64,000 bases of DNA, from positions 186,001-250,000 of the forward strand of contig OZ025650.1 in assembly GCA_964019335.1 (NCBI GenBank), in the 5' to 3' direction. The notes under the pieces were generated by a model, which did not search any database, had not been told where the DNA came from, and worked only from the letters and a program-made list of their open reading frames with translations. Origin of the DNA: Diplonema japonicum (Eukaryota; Protista; Euglenozoa: Diplonemea). Below, piece by piece: positions 9,488-24,145 of this stretch. A program made the position numbers and the translations under genes. Each line of letters opens with the position of its first letter. The first letter of the stretch is position 1.

Positions 9488-10480
9488 TGCCTGGAGAAGC
9501 CTTTGTACATATAAGCAAAGGATCAAAATTTAAAAAAAGAGTCTGAAGACAAGAGGAGCGAAAGGGGAAAAGGAGCAGTTGTGTGTGGGGGTGAGCGGGA
9601 AAAAGTAAAGAGAGGAGGAGCAGGGGGTAGAAAAAAAAAAAAAAAAAAAGGAGGAAGCTTTTTGATGTTTTTCGTTCTTGATTCATTCCAAAAAGAAAGA
9701 AAAAAAAAAACTAGTATTTGCCCGCGCTTATTGTTTTACCGAGCAAACTAGCGAAAGAAAAAAAAAATAGAAAGAAGAAAATAAAAAGGGGGTGGGGCAG
9801 GAAATCGTTTGCATAAAAAAAAGGGGGGAGAGGGTGGAAATACTATTAATAAAGGAGCTTAGTTACCGTACATAACGCGGGTATTGTGCCCCTAAAATTC
9901 CGAAAAACCAACAAGAAGAGAAAAAGAAAAAGAAAACCCCCGTCGCATTCACCGACTCCTTCGTGTAGTAAGAGAAAGAAGAAAAAAAAAAGAAACTAGA
10001 GCATTTTAAAAGTATAATAAAAAGGGGGAAGGGGAAACAAAGAGAATTGGGACTAATCTTGTTTCTTTTAATTTCCCCTCATTCCTTTTTTTTTTTTTTT
10101 CTGTCCGTGTAACCAAAAAAAAAAAAAAAACTCGATAGATTTTCAGTGTGCTTGGGGTGCTCACTGTTCATAAAAAAAATTCGATATTTTTTTGTGCAGG
10201 AGCCCCTTCTCCCTTTTTTTTTCTTTTTTTCTCCACCACTATGAAAAGAAAGAAAAAAAAAAAACGTGTCCTTGAATGGAAGCCTGCACATATGACAGGG
10301 ACCGCCTCAAACAAAAAAGAAAGAAAAAAGAAGAAACCGGTACGAAAAACGGGGGAGGGGGTATTTATAAAAAAAAAAATAAAGAGGGAATAATAATAAA
10401 AAAAAAAAAACGTGTAGTCAAACCAACAGGAAATGTGTAATATAAAAAGAGAGGAAAAAGGTATAAAAAAAAAATTAAAC

Positions 10481-12148
10481 CTATGATTCAACATTTGCCA
10501 CTTCAACAGGTACCTTTTTTTTTTTTTTTTTTTAAATTTTTTTTATAAAAAAACCAAACCTCTTTTTTCGCCCAAATAATCTTGTCTGATGCGCCTTGTG
10601 GGGACAAAGGTGGCGACGCGGCCACCTCAACATTTTGTTCATCTTGTTGAGGCGACTGCGGCTTCGTCACACCGTTGGCACTGCTCCCGTTCACCTTGGC
10701 GGTATTGATGTTACAGGTATCTGTATTCGAATTACTAGCAGCATTGGCCGGCTTCTTACCAGGTTTCTCAACAACCGCTTTACCAGGTGGTGGTGTTGGC
10801 TCATCAAGTAATGTGGCCGGGCGACCGCTTCCCTTTACACAAGGTGCTTCAATGTTCTGTACAAGACACAGGGCGGCTGCACGTAAGAGTTCCATCTGAT
10901 GAAGTTCAGGGATGTTACGCCCACCCTTGATGGCGTCCTTGGCCTTTGAAACCCGGATTGGCCGAGTGAACATTTTTTTACAATCGATTGTCTGGCAATT
11001 TCTCGCAGCAGAGACGGTACTGTACTCAAAGAAGCCGTACCGGGTGGGCTGGTTGGGGTCTCCACAAAGCTGGTACTTCCTTATACTCCCGTAGTGCGAG
11101 AGTCGTATCAAAATGTTCTCATCTGACGTGGAAGAGTCGATCCCTACAATGTAAACAGTCCGGTCGCCTGCTTTGATGTTCTCACCCGCATCCCGCTGTT
11201 TCTCATGCATCTCAGTGTTGATGATTTCGTTCAGAGTCATGTTGTACTCCCGTTCGATCTGCGACAGCTTCATGGCCTCCATCTCGTACGCCATCTGCAT
11301 CTCTCTGAACATATGTGGGTCGTGGTAGAATGGGCAGTCGGCTTTCCTACATTTCCCACCTTGCGCGAAGTACCTGCATGGTTCTTTTTCTTTTTTCTGG
11401 TGGTAGTGGTTGTTGCTGTTGTGGTGGTGGCTGCTCCATTTAGGAGATGACGCGGCCTGTTCTCCCATGAGCGTCGGGTACTTTTTGGAGAGTTCTGGTT
11501 CTTGCGGTTTGTTTATCAAAAGCTCGGATGGAACCTTCGCGCGTTTTGAACCCGACGCATCTGGGGAGTTGTGGAGACGGAGGAGAAGTTCTTCGTTGTA
11601 ATCGTACTGCTTCGCCTCAGGCGACGTTTCTTCTTCCTGCTGCCGGGTTGAAATTTTCGACAATCTTGAAGAAAATGTCAGCTCCGTGCGAAGCTTCTCC
11701 GCAGCAAGGCCCATTGCTTCCTTCACAGTCTTTGCTGTCTTTGGACAACTCCCTACTAAAGCATGTGATATCGTTGGGCTCCACGTCCCGGGAGGCCCTC
11801 GTTGGGTTGCAGTGCTACACATTACCACTGGTTGTACTCGTCCTTCAACTTCTTTTGGGGACACAGACAGTGCCGGGCTGGCGCTGTTCGGAGATTTATT
11901 ATCTACCTCTTCCTCATCAGGGAACATGCTTGTGGCCATCCCGGTCAATGCCTGCAGACCCCAGCTGAAATTCTCATTCTCCGCGAACGGATCGTTCATA
12001 ATACCCTCCTCCACCACCTCTTCCTTCCCTTGACTCGACCCAGACGGGCTCCATGGCTTGGCGTCCACATTCAACAGTTTCTGTGGGTTTTTTTTTTTTT
12101 TTTTTTTTTTTTGACTAGATGTACCTCGTTGTCCTCTGCTATAACCAT
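10481..12148 (-). CDS. RNA-binding protein with PAM2 motif, CCCH zinc finger and RRM; two short introns
   Basis: LLNVDAKPWSP (PAM2), CRYFAQGGKCRKADCPFYH, RTVYIVGI..RYGFFEY (RNP2/RNP1). Splicing gives start MVIAEDNE and end VPVEVANVES*. Confidence 0.8.
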
Positions 12149-13619
12149 TCTCCAATTTTCGTTCCTTTCTTTTTTTTTTTTTTTTTTTCTTCCTCTTTTT
12201 CTTTTCCTAAATATTCTGCCTTTTTTTTTTTTTTTTTTTTCCTCTTTTTTTTTTTTTTTTTTTTGCTGTGGGGAGGGTTTTTTTTTGGTTTTATTTGCTC
12301 GAGAACAAAAAAAAAAGGAGGGAAAAAAAGTTTTTTTTTGTTGTTCCCTTCATTTTAACAACACGGGACTTCGAAGGGGCGGGAAGTATTAAAAAAAAGA
12401 GGGGGTAACGAACCTCAAACCTCTTTCTTTTCTTCTTCATTTTCCCTTTTTGTTGGAGGGGGGGGGGGTGCAAAAGGGCTACCGGCCGCAGTTGAAATGG
12501 GGGAAGAGGAGGGGGGAGATACAGTATAGGGGTTTCTTCTTTTTCTTTCGTTCTCAGGCACCTCATCCTTCCCTTTCCTTCTCACCCCTCACGCACTAAG
12601 CACTTGTTGCTTGTACTTCCTTCGCCTTGTGGCTTTTTCTTCCTTCCAATCTTCCTACTAAAGATTCTGTATTTCTTTTTTACCTTTGTTTCCGGTCGAT
12701 TTTCTGGTTTGCAATGGCATTCTTTTGTTTTCTTATTTTTTAAAAAAAATAAAATAAAAAAAACACACAAAGATATATAAAAAAAGACCATTATTATTTT
12801 TTCGGTAATAACCTAAACAACATTATGGAGGGCCATGCATTCTTTCTTTTCTTTTTTAAAAAAAAAAAAGGATTTTTCCTATTTCCCGTTCAGAGTACTT
12901 CTTTTACTACCTGGGGGAAAAAAAAAATCAAGGGGTAGAGAGACTAAGGGAATGGGTGGGGTGATTGTGGAATGGGTGGAGTAAAAAAAAAAAACTCAAA
13001 GTACAGGACAAGCCCCCCGCTAGAGGGCCGCCCTATGGGAGGGGGGGGTCTATCTGTTAATAAAAAATAAATAAAATAAAAAAAAAAAAGAGGGTGCAAA
13101 AAAAAATCATCAGTTTTTGCAAGAAAAACAAAAGGGATACAATAAAAAAAAAAAGGCTTTCTTTTTTCTTCTTTTTTTTTCCGGACACTGTAAAAAAAAA
13201 AAAAAAAAAAGGAGGGGAAACAAGGGGATCACTACTAAACTTATTTTTTTTTCTTTTTTTTTTTTTACGCTCCATATTCGCTAAGTGACCCGCCCAATGT
13301 CCCAAAGGGGTTATAGGGGGCTATAGGGGAAAAAATGTCAAAAATGCCCAAAGGTTCATTGAATTTTTTTTTCCAAAAATTCCATATGTCGAACATGAAA
13401 GAACGGTGAGTTCCAAGGAAGTTCCAAAAAAAATTTTCCAAAAAAAAAAATATTGGGGGCCAACCAAAATGACCTTGGAAGTCGCCATTTTGGGTTTTGG
13501 CCATTTTTGCCAAACTTTTGCAACTGGGCACTTTTCCCTTTGAAAAACATGGTTAACAGGGTTCGATCCCAGAAGCCAGCATCTTCCTGACCAGTAGTTC
13601 AGCCGAAAATATTTTCGAA

Positions 13620-13698
13620 GGTGTAGTAGTCTAGTTGGGGGGGCTTTGCCCTGTACCTAGGCGAAGCGGGTTCAAGCCCCACTCCAGCGGATTTTTTT
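13620..13698 (+). ncRNA. tRNA-like Pol III cassette (degenerate), left end of the TIR element
   Basis: A box TAGTCTAGTTGG, anticodon-like stem TTTGCC/GGCGAA, B box GGTTCAAGCCC, T7 terminator; mismatched acceptor stem. Confidence 0.55.
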
Positions 13699-13893
13699 AG
13701 GCCCCCCACAGGGGAGAAACGGCAACCTGAACCGGTGTTTCCGCAAAAGCTTTTCGTAAGCTTGTGGGAGTCTAGTTGAAGAAAAGTGCAGTTTTGAGGG
13801 AAGGACAGCTCTTAACATTGTAAGATTGTTAGTTGTTAGTCAGTAAGCATAACAGTCCTGTCCTCTGCACTTCGGCCGTAATCACCAAATACA

Positions 13894-14900
13894 AATGGGT
13901 GGAGATGACGAGAAGGTCAAAGAGGGTTCCATAAGGGAGTTTATAGTTGAAGAGACAGATGCGCGTCTACGCCGTCCACCACAGGGCAACGTACAGTCCA
14001 AATGGAATGGCATAGTCATTTGAAAGTGACGTTGCCTTTGGGGCAGAAGTTATTTCTGCTTGGAAGGTACTTATGTGGGAATTACACCGATCACCGGTCA
14101 CGTTTGCGTTGGAAGATCCTTGACCCGCGTGCCCTGGTTTGATGACCAGCCTGAACGGAACGGAGACTATGAAACAAGCAGTGACGACGACCGGAGAATA
14201 CTTCCTACTCCTGAGAGCACACGGGCAACTCGAAGGGAAAGACCAAAGCAAGCCCTTCCAGCCAGCAGAGAGCCTCAGACAACGAGGACTCCAGATGGAC
14301 AGGATCGCGATAGCGGAGTACAGCCACAAGGAGCTCCACTACCGGGTCCACTACACAAAAGAGGGCAAGAAGTGAGATCTCAGAGCAGACGGAGTGGAAG
14401 TGCCATAAGCAGGCAAAAACAAAGGATGGCACCCCAGCCTCATCTTGTACAAGAAGCACAAGACCGAGGAAGCAGGGGAGGGCCACCCGAGGAACAACAG
14501 AGGACATGGATAACCTCCCCAACGCAGCAGCAACAACAGTAACAGCAGCAACAGCAGTAGCAGCAAAGACAGTAGCGACAACAGAAAGTAAAGAAGAAGA
14601 CATCAGTATCTCCTCCCCCTTCCTCCTCCTTCTCCCCTTCCTGCTGTTCTACTTCGGGTGGATCAAGCGTCTGAAGAAACAACAGATTTGACCCCTACTC
14701 TTCAGTGTACTAGAAACGTACACGACGCACCCCTGGAACAGATAACGGAAGGAAACGCTATGCACACCACCTGAGTGGTAGCTCAGGAAGCTGAAGTAGT
14801 ACGACGGACCGAGGAAGACGACAGTCACCACAATAACTCGTACTAGACTTCGAAAACTGGGAAAGGGGTAGATAAGTAGAGATAAGTAGACAAGGACGTT
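13894..14900 (+). pseudogene. Decayed coding-like interior of the TIR element, product unknown
   Basis: Coding-like composition with in-frame stops, e.g. ..HYRVHYTKEGKK*DLRADGVEVP*AGKNKG. Confidence 0.35.
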
Positions 14901-15078
14901 CCAGAACAGGAACCTCCTTTAGCTCATCTCTTATTCTGTGTTTATTTCATCACAGTGTTGATGGGCTGAGGCACGTCGTGAGTGTGTATCGCAAGGATAT
15001 CTGGTGTGAAAAGAAGGGAACCTACTCCACCCACTATGCCGGATGCGTGAGTAAAGATGGGGGGTCAGAGTTTTGAAT

Positions 15079-15167
15079 TCCTGTGTGGTAGAGTGGTTAC
15101 CGTGCTCACCTGTCAGGCCCCCTTGTTCCAGGAGTCGCGGGTTCGAATCCCGACGCAGTGGTTTTTT
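15079..15167 (+). ncRNA. tRNA-Asp(GTC)-like Pol III cassette (degenerate), right end of the TIR element
   Basis: TCCTGTG TGGTAGAGTGG (A box), CT-GTC-A loop, GGTTCGAATCC (B box), CGCAG acceptor complement, T6 terminator; anticodon stem disrupted. Confidence 0.65.
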
Positions 15168-15470
15168 CATCAGGGTTCGAACCCCACTTGTGCCGTGTTT
15201 TTTCCACCGGAGCTGCTTCATTTTGTATAGTACAAAGTAAGGCAAATCACCAAAAAAAATTTTATTACAAAAAAAAATTCCATATGTCGAACATTGGGCC
15301 CCGGACGCAAATAAATCCATTCCAACCCTAGAAAAAGCAATTAGAAATTTTTTTAGCTCTTCAAAATGCGGTTTCTGGTGGGTCACTTAGCGAATATGGA
15401 GCGTTATAAATCGGATTTCTTTTTTTTTTTTTTTCTTCTTTACTCCATGGCAACCACAGTACTCCTACGC

Positions 15471-16417
15471 CTATGGGGCGATCCTCGGGGGGATCCCCCT
15501 GCCCGGGGGGTGTTTGGCTGAGACTCCCTTTCCCAAGGACGCGAGTGCACGCTCATCTCGAGGCGTTTCCGCAACCTTTAATTTAAAAAATCTTTTTATC
15601 CCACCCCACCCCTGTTCATACTCTGTCCAGTGATATTTCCGGTCGTCAGCCTTGCACAGCACGTACCCGCATTTCATGAGGTGTATCACAAAATCGTTCC
15701 ATTTTTTTACTTCTTCAGGTGTGGAATCTAATGTGGGGGGGAAAAAAAATTTTTTTTTTCCCCCTCCCCTTATGAATTCATACCTTTAGATGGGGGTTCT
15801 GGTTTAACAGGGATTTCAGGAACAACGAACAGGCCCAGCTTTGGACCTAGCGCGGCGTCCATCTTGATGGACAGAAGCTCAGCCCTCATCATGGAGCGCC
15901 ATTCTTCCATGTGGTCTGGGAGGTTCTCCAGGACGACCATTGATCCGGAGAAAGGGCACATTGCTTTGGTCCCCATGCGAGTGGACTCTCCTCGGAAGAG
16001 GGATGTGATGAGGTTTGCTGCTGAGGCACGTTGCTCAACAGGCACTTCTGACTGGTATTGACTGGATGCATACTGGGATCGCCTTTCGACATCGCCGTTT
16101 ACATTCAGCCTTGGAGGGCGGAGGGACGAGAGGAGTTGGCCTCTGTAAGCAGTGTCTGCTAAGGGGTCGGGTCTTGCAGGAAGATCTTCTTCTTCAACGG
16201 CCTCGGAATTTCTTAGGAGTCTTTCGCTTTCCCTTGCTAGTCTCTTCCATGCCTTCCTTTCGGACTCCCTGTGCTTCATCGCCTCCTTCTTCCCCACTCC
16301 ATCCTGCACCCTCGCGTCGTCCTTCCGCACCATCATCATCTCCACCCTGTTATTCCCCATCCAGTGAATGGGTACCATCTCAGCCTCTTCATCGTCGAAG
16401 TTCGTCCCATGTACCAT
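15471..16417 (-). CDS. Hypothetical protein; intron 15728-15783
   Basis: A GT..TAG intron joins the 215-aa ORF in frame to the 72-aa ORF (PPSK|DSTPEEVKKWNDFVIHL). Confidence 0.7.
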
Positions 16418-16749
16418 CTTTTCTTTTTTTTTTTTTTGCTTTTCCTTAGTGTTTTTTTTCTCTCCTTTTTTTTTGCATCACAACATGTGAAATGAAAGAA
16501 AAATAAAATGAAAGGGGGGGTATAATGGGTAAAGAAAAGAAAAGGGGGAGAGGGTGGGGTGGGATGTGCAGAATTGGTTTTTTTTTTTTTTTTCTTTTTT
16601 TTCACGGAATAAAATAAAAAAAATTTGTATAGCATAACTATAAGAGATGAGATAATATAAAAAAAAAAAAGTTGTTTCCCTCTTTTTTTTTTTTTTTTTC
16701 CTTCTTTCCCCGTTCTCCTTTTTTTTTTTTTGATTTCTTCGGTCACTCT

Positions 16750-16752
<3 letters not shown>

Positions 16753-16780
<28 letters not shown>
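16753..16780. repeat. (TC)n microsatellite
   Basis: About 14 TC units. Confidence 0.9.
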
Positions 16781-16789
<9 letters not shown>

Positions 16790-17635
16790 TTCCTGATTCC
16801 TTTCGGTTACCCACTTTCTTCGTTTTCCTCTTTTTCTTTTTTAGATAGGCGCTGCTGGTGTCAAGTAGCCTTTTGTTCCCCCCTCGTTGGCCACTCTGGC
16901 TAGTCCCTCCATTTCGCTAATATACTTGTTTACCTCAAGAAAAATATTTTCGGGCAAGAGAAAGAGAGGGAATATGGGGGAGGGGAAGGAAATCGGGAAA
17001 GGGGGGAGGGGGTGGTATTCTTAGCTCATAAAGTTCAACTTTTCTTTCTTTTTCTTCTTCTGCTGCTTGGAAAAAAAAAAGACTCTTCAAGGCTTGCGAA
17101 ATGACAGGAGGCAGGCAGGACAGTATGAACGCAATCATTAGGGGAAAATGAGAAGATTGGAGGGAGGTAGGGGAAGCACACACTGTTTTAAGGGGTAGGT
17201 AGGGTGGGGGGGGTTTTTTTTTCCATCCCTTTTTTTTTCCCCTCTTTTCCCGCATCTGTTGTTCCCTGCTCCTTTTCATTTTTTTTTAAAAAATATTTCT
17301 TGTTTCTTCATAATAATTTCTTCTTGTGGTGGTTTTTTTTTTTCTAATGAAAGAAAGAAAACGCTAGAAAAAAAAAAAGAAAAAAATAGAAAACCGCACA
17401 TGGAAAACAAAGGGGGAAAGGCTGATTCAATGATTGAATTTCTTTCTTTTTTTTGTTTTGTTCAAATCCTTTTTTTCAAAAAAAAAAGGAAAAGACCCTC
17501 CTCCGTTTCCGTTATTTTTCCCCCCCCCTTCCTCTTTCTCTCAACGGGGGGGTTTTTTTTTTCCTTCTTTTTTTCTTCTCCTCTCGTTTTTTTTTTTTTT
17601 TTTTTTTTTTTCCCTTCTTCTTAGTTCTTTTTTTT

Positions 17636-20876
<3,241 letters not shown>

Positions 20877-20954
20877 TTTAATACGCCTGTGTGAGGTGGG
20901 TTGCATGGTTCGACCATCCTTCAAAAAGTGACTTTGACTAAAGTCGTTGCTTTG

Positions 20955-21147
20955 TCACACATCATTCATTCCTTGTGTCACCTCTTCTCTTAGTTTGTCC
21001 ACTTCACCTCGCAGCTTGTTGCGCTCTTTGTCGATCGTTGCCCTTTTGAGCTCAATACGTACGGTGGCCTCTCTGAGCTGCTGCTCCAAAGCGCTTTTCT
21101 CAGCCTCAAAGGCTGTTTGCAAGCAATCAAGGCTTGTCAGGCTCATG
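20955..21147 (-). CDS. Short coiled-coil ORF or terminal exon of the upstream gene
   Basis: MSLTSLDCLQTAFEAEKSALEQQLREATVRIELKR..; splice connection unresolved. Confidence 0.4.
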
Positions 21148-21292
21148 TTACCGCATGCTGTGCGGTGGTGGCACGGTTTGTGAATAAAAGGAAGAAACTT
21201 AGAAAAGAAGAAATAAAGGGAAATGTGTAAATATTTCAGAGATGGTTTCATATAATGCTAATGAGAGATTGTATGGTGCCACACATTATGGC

Positions 21293-22453
21293 TCACTGCT
21301 GTAGTTCGACATGCAGCTCGTAGAGGAAGGCTTCGAAGTGCTCCGCGTTGCGATCCAACATATCGTCGACGTGAGGCAGGCTGCTGGGGTCGGTGGCCGT
21401 GAGCAGTGCCATCAGCCTCTGACGGCGATCCAAGTGCTGTGTCGGTGACACCGCATCGGAGGGGTCCAAGTCCTCGTGGAGCCACCTCAAGAACTGCTCA
21501 GGACAGCCCCTGTACTCGTCGACGACCTCCTGTGCCATATGTATCTGCTCAGGGCATTTCTCCGCAAGAACCAACCGGATCTTGCCCATCAGTGTGCCAC
21601 GCTGTTTCGGATCGAATACGCTGAAAGGCACACAGTGGTGCCCGTGCCTCCGTTCAAGCTCTAAGAAGGCATGCTCGGGCTTAGGATACTCCTGCGTCAC
21701 ATACTCCATGTATTCAGGGGTGAGGTCCTTCTCGACGGCAAAGCTGCAGAACCTCAGCTGGTTGTCAAGGGTGACACAGTGCGGAGTTGTGGGGAGGGTG
21801 CCGTACTTTTCGACAGTGGCACGAAGGAGCTGTGGGAGGTGCGCGGCGTAGGTGGCGAAGATGGTGCCCAGTTGGCCGAGCATGGCAGGGTTGCGATGGG
21901 TGTACAAGTCCCGTACATGGTGCATGTAGTCGATGGCTTCCCCTCCCTGCTTGCCTTCTAGAGAAGTATCACTTCCGCAATTGTAGTGCGACACTGTGAC
22001 CATGGAGATCCCACGCTTTACTTCGCAAATCTTGTCATGGTCAGCAGCGTCGGCTTTGTTTATGAGTTTCTCGCACTGCTCGCACTGCACAACCGTTACC
22101 TCATGACACTCTTCCTGTTGTTCTTCTTTTTCTTCTTCAGAAATTGTCAGCCGCCTCTTTGCATTCCTCCTCTTTTTCTCCCTTAACCTCCTGCTCTGTT
22201 CCAACAACAGTTCGTACGATTCTTGTGTGCTCACGTGTCGATACAAGCCCACCTGCTTCTGCTTTCTCTTCTTCTTGGGCGCCCCAGGCACCTTCCTCTC
22301 TGTTTTTCTATCTGGTGTGCAAATGCCAACAATCTTCCCTAATGTTTTCTTCTTCTCCGATGGCTTTTCTGATTGGCTTTCTTTCTCGGAGTCTGTAAGA
22401 AGCAGTTTGTTCCTTGGGACCCCTACTTTTCTTTTTACATTTGCTTTGGGCAT
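21293..22453 (-). CDS. Hypothetical protein with a C2HC finger and repeated P..L..VD..L..Y helical modules
   Basis: 386-aa ORF; CEQC..HDKIC; three similar modules (HRNPAMLGQL.., KCPEQIHMAQEVVDEY.., TDPSSLPHVDDMLD..). Confidence 0.7.
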   Translation of the reverse strand: MPKANVKRKVGVPRNKLLLTDSEKESQSEKPSEKKKTLGKIVGICTPDRKTERKVPGAPKKKRKQKQVGLYRHVSTQESYELLLEQSRRLREKKRRNAKRRLTISEEEKEEQQEECHEVTVVQCEQCEKLINKADAADHDKICEVKRGISMVTVSHYNCGSDTSLEGKQGGEAIDYMHHVRDLYTHRNPAMLGQLGTIFATYAAHLPQLLRATVEKYGTLPTTPHCVTLDNQLRFCSFAVEKDLTPEYMEYVTQEYPKPEHAFLELERRHGHHCVPFSVFDPKQRGTLMGKIRLVLAEKCPEQIHMAQEVVDEYRGCPEQFLRWLHEDLDPSDAVSPTQHLDRRQRLMALLTATDPSSLPHVDDMLDRNAEHFEAFLYELHVELQQ

Positions 22454-22950
22454 TTCTTTTTGAGACCCCTTCTTGAATGATAAACTATGAAAAAAAAACG
22501 AAATGGGAATTCGAGGGGGGGAAGGAAACTTTCTTTTTTTTCCCCCCGAAAAACACTAAACAACTTTTGAATAACTTCTCGTCTGCAAGGTCCCCACAGC
22601 AGAAAAATTGACCTTCAGCCACGTTGTTATGAGGAAAGATAGTAACGAAGAAGGGAAGTGGGTGGCGGTAGGGAAAGGGGGGATAATTATATTTCCTCTT
22701 GAGTGAAACATAGCACCTCCTCATTTTATTTTATTTCGGGTTCAGATGTTGCAGAGAGAAACGGTGAGGAGGTAACGGACTGCTTTTTTGCCTTTCTGTT
22801 CCAGGGCCTTTTTTTTTGCTTTTCTTGTTTCTTTTCGTTTCTTAATTCAAACAGACAACACTCGGTACAACTTTAAAAAGAAAACAAAATACGAGGGGAT
22901 TGTGCATCCATGTGACTTCTCTGGCTAGGGACAAGTAACAAACTTCAGCC

Positions 22951-24020
22951 TTACAAAGGCGACGGTGCGTTTGGCGTACTGGAGTGTTATTCCTTTACCC
23001 CATCCCATTACATACTCGAGAAGGTTGCTGTCGAAACCTTCAGCGTTCATCTTCACCTTGACGGCTCCTGCAGGCACGCCAACATCAAGCTGTGCAGTAT
23101 TAGCAAGTTTGACTACATCATACCATTTTGAAATAAGAAGCGAGTCGCGGGTCAAGCTTGCACGTGACAGCAGGAGGTGGTGCTGCGCCCCCTGGCGGCG
23201 CTGGTGCCCCCGGCGGAGGCGGCGCCCCAGGAGCGGGAGGAGGCGGAGGCGCGTTGCCACCAGGAGGTGGCGGAGGCATGCCACCCGGAGGCGGAGGAGG
23301 AGCACCACCCGGAGGTGGAGGAGGCATGCCACCCGGAGGTGGAGGAGGCATACCACCAGGAGGTGGAGGAGGCATCTTACCACCTGGCGGAGGAGGTGGC
23401 ATGCCACCAGGCGGCGGAGGGGGCATTTTACCACCCGGGGGCGGAGGAGGCATGCCGCCAGGAGGCGGCGGAGGCATTTTACCACCCGGGGGCGGAGGCG
23501 GCATGCCACCTGGGGGAGGGGGACCTCCAGGAGGTGGAGGCATGCCGCCTGGGGGCGGAGGCGGCCTGCCACCAGGAGGAGGAGGAGGACCACCGGGACC
23601 ACCAGGAGGCGGGGGAGGCATCCCACCTGGTGGCGGAGGAGGCATTTTGCCGCCTGGTGGCGGGGGTGGACCAGGAGGACCTCCACCAGGTGGAGGAGGG
23701 GGACCGCCAGCACCAGGAGGCGGGGGTGGGCCAGGAGGGCCACCACCCGCTGGGGCTGGAGGGGGTGCTGCTGATTTCGGTTCTTTTGGTTCACCGTCAC
23801 CAAGGTCGTCTATCGAGTTCAGTTTGTGGTCTAGCAGGTCGGTGGTAGTTTCTAGTCGCGTGAGGTCCTTTGAAACTTTCTCTAGCTTCTCTTCGCACGA
23901 CTGTGCAAATCTATTCAAGAACTGCGTTGTGTGTATAATAAATTTGTTCACCAGCTCGATGGTTTTCTGGTAGTCCATCGGCTTTTTTAGCGAGTAGTCC
24001 GCCACATCTTGCCTATACAT
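22951..24020 (-). CDS. WASHC3: WASH complex subunit 3 (CCDC53) with an expanded polyproline linker; two introns
   Basis: KTIELVNKFIIHTTQFLNRFAQSCEEKL..LDHKLNSI and DPRLASYFKM|LDVGVPAGAVKVKMNAEGFDSNLL(D)TP. Confidence 0.9.
23170..23770 (-). repeat. Coding tandem repeat GG(K)MPPPPP
   Basis: Roughly twenty polyproline units separated by GG. Confidence 0.9.
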
Positions 24021-24145
24021 CGTTGCAGGCCGAGCACAGGGAGATCGGGCCCTTGCCCTTGTTGCCTGCAGTGAGGTTTAAAGCAAATGAAAAGAAAAAG
24101 AAGAAAGAAGTTCCGAAAACGATAGGATAAACAAAAAGATTCTAA

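Larger units (their letters stand above)
13268..15403. mobile_element. Non-autonomous or decayed TIR DNA transposon with TTA target duplication (PIF/Harbinger- or Zator-like TSD)
   Basis: Perfect 24-bp TIR CGCTCCATATTCGCTAAGTGACCC (13268-13291 and 15380-15403). TTA at 13265-13267 and 15404-15406. Interior largely lacks the long host homopolymer tracts. Confidence 0.8.

Noticed and set aside
14520-14600. CAG/CAA-rich repeat as an array
   Set aside because: Simple low-complexity tract; no repeat-spacer (CRISPR-like) structure seen anywhere in the window.
13620-15167. Functional tRNA-Tyr/tRNA-Asp genes
   Set aside because: Mismatched acceptor, T or anticodon stems; called tRNA-like only.
22925-23973. 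Long overlapping ORFs in alternative frames and on the plus strand
   Set aside because: Shadows of the GC-rich polyproline repeat of WASHC3.
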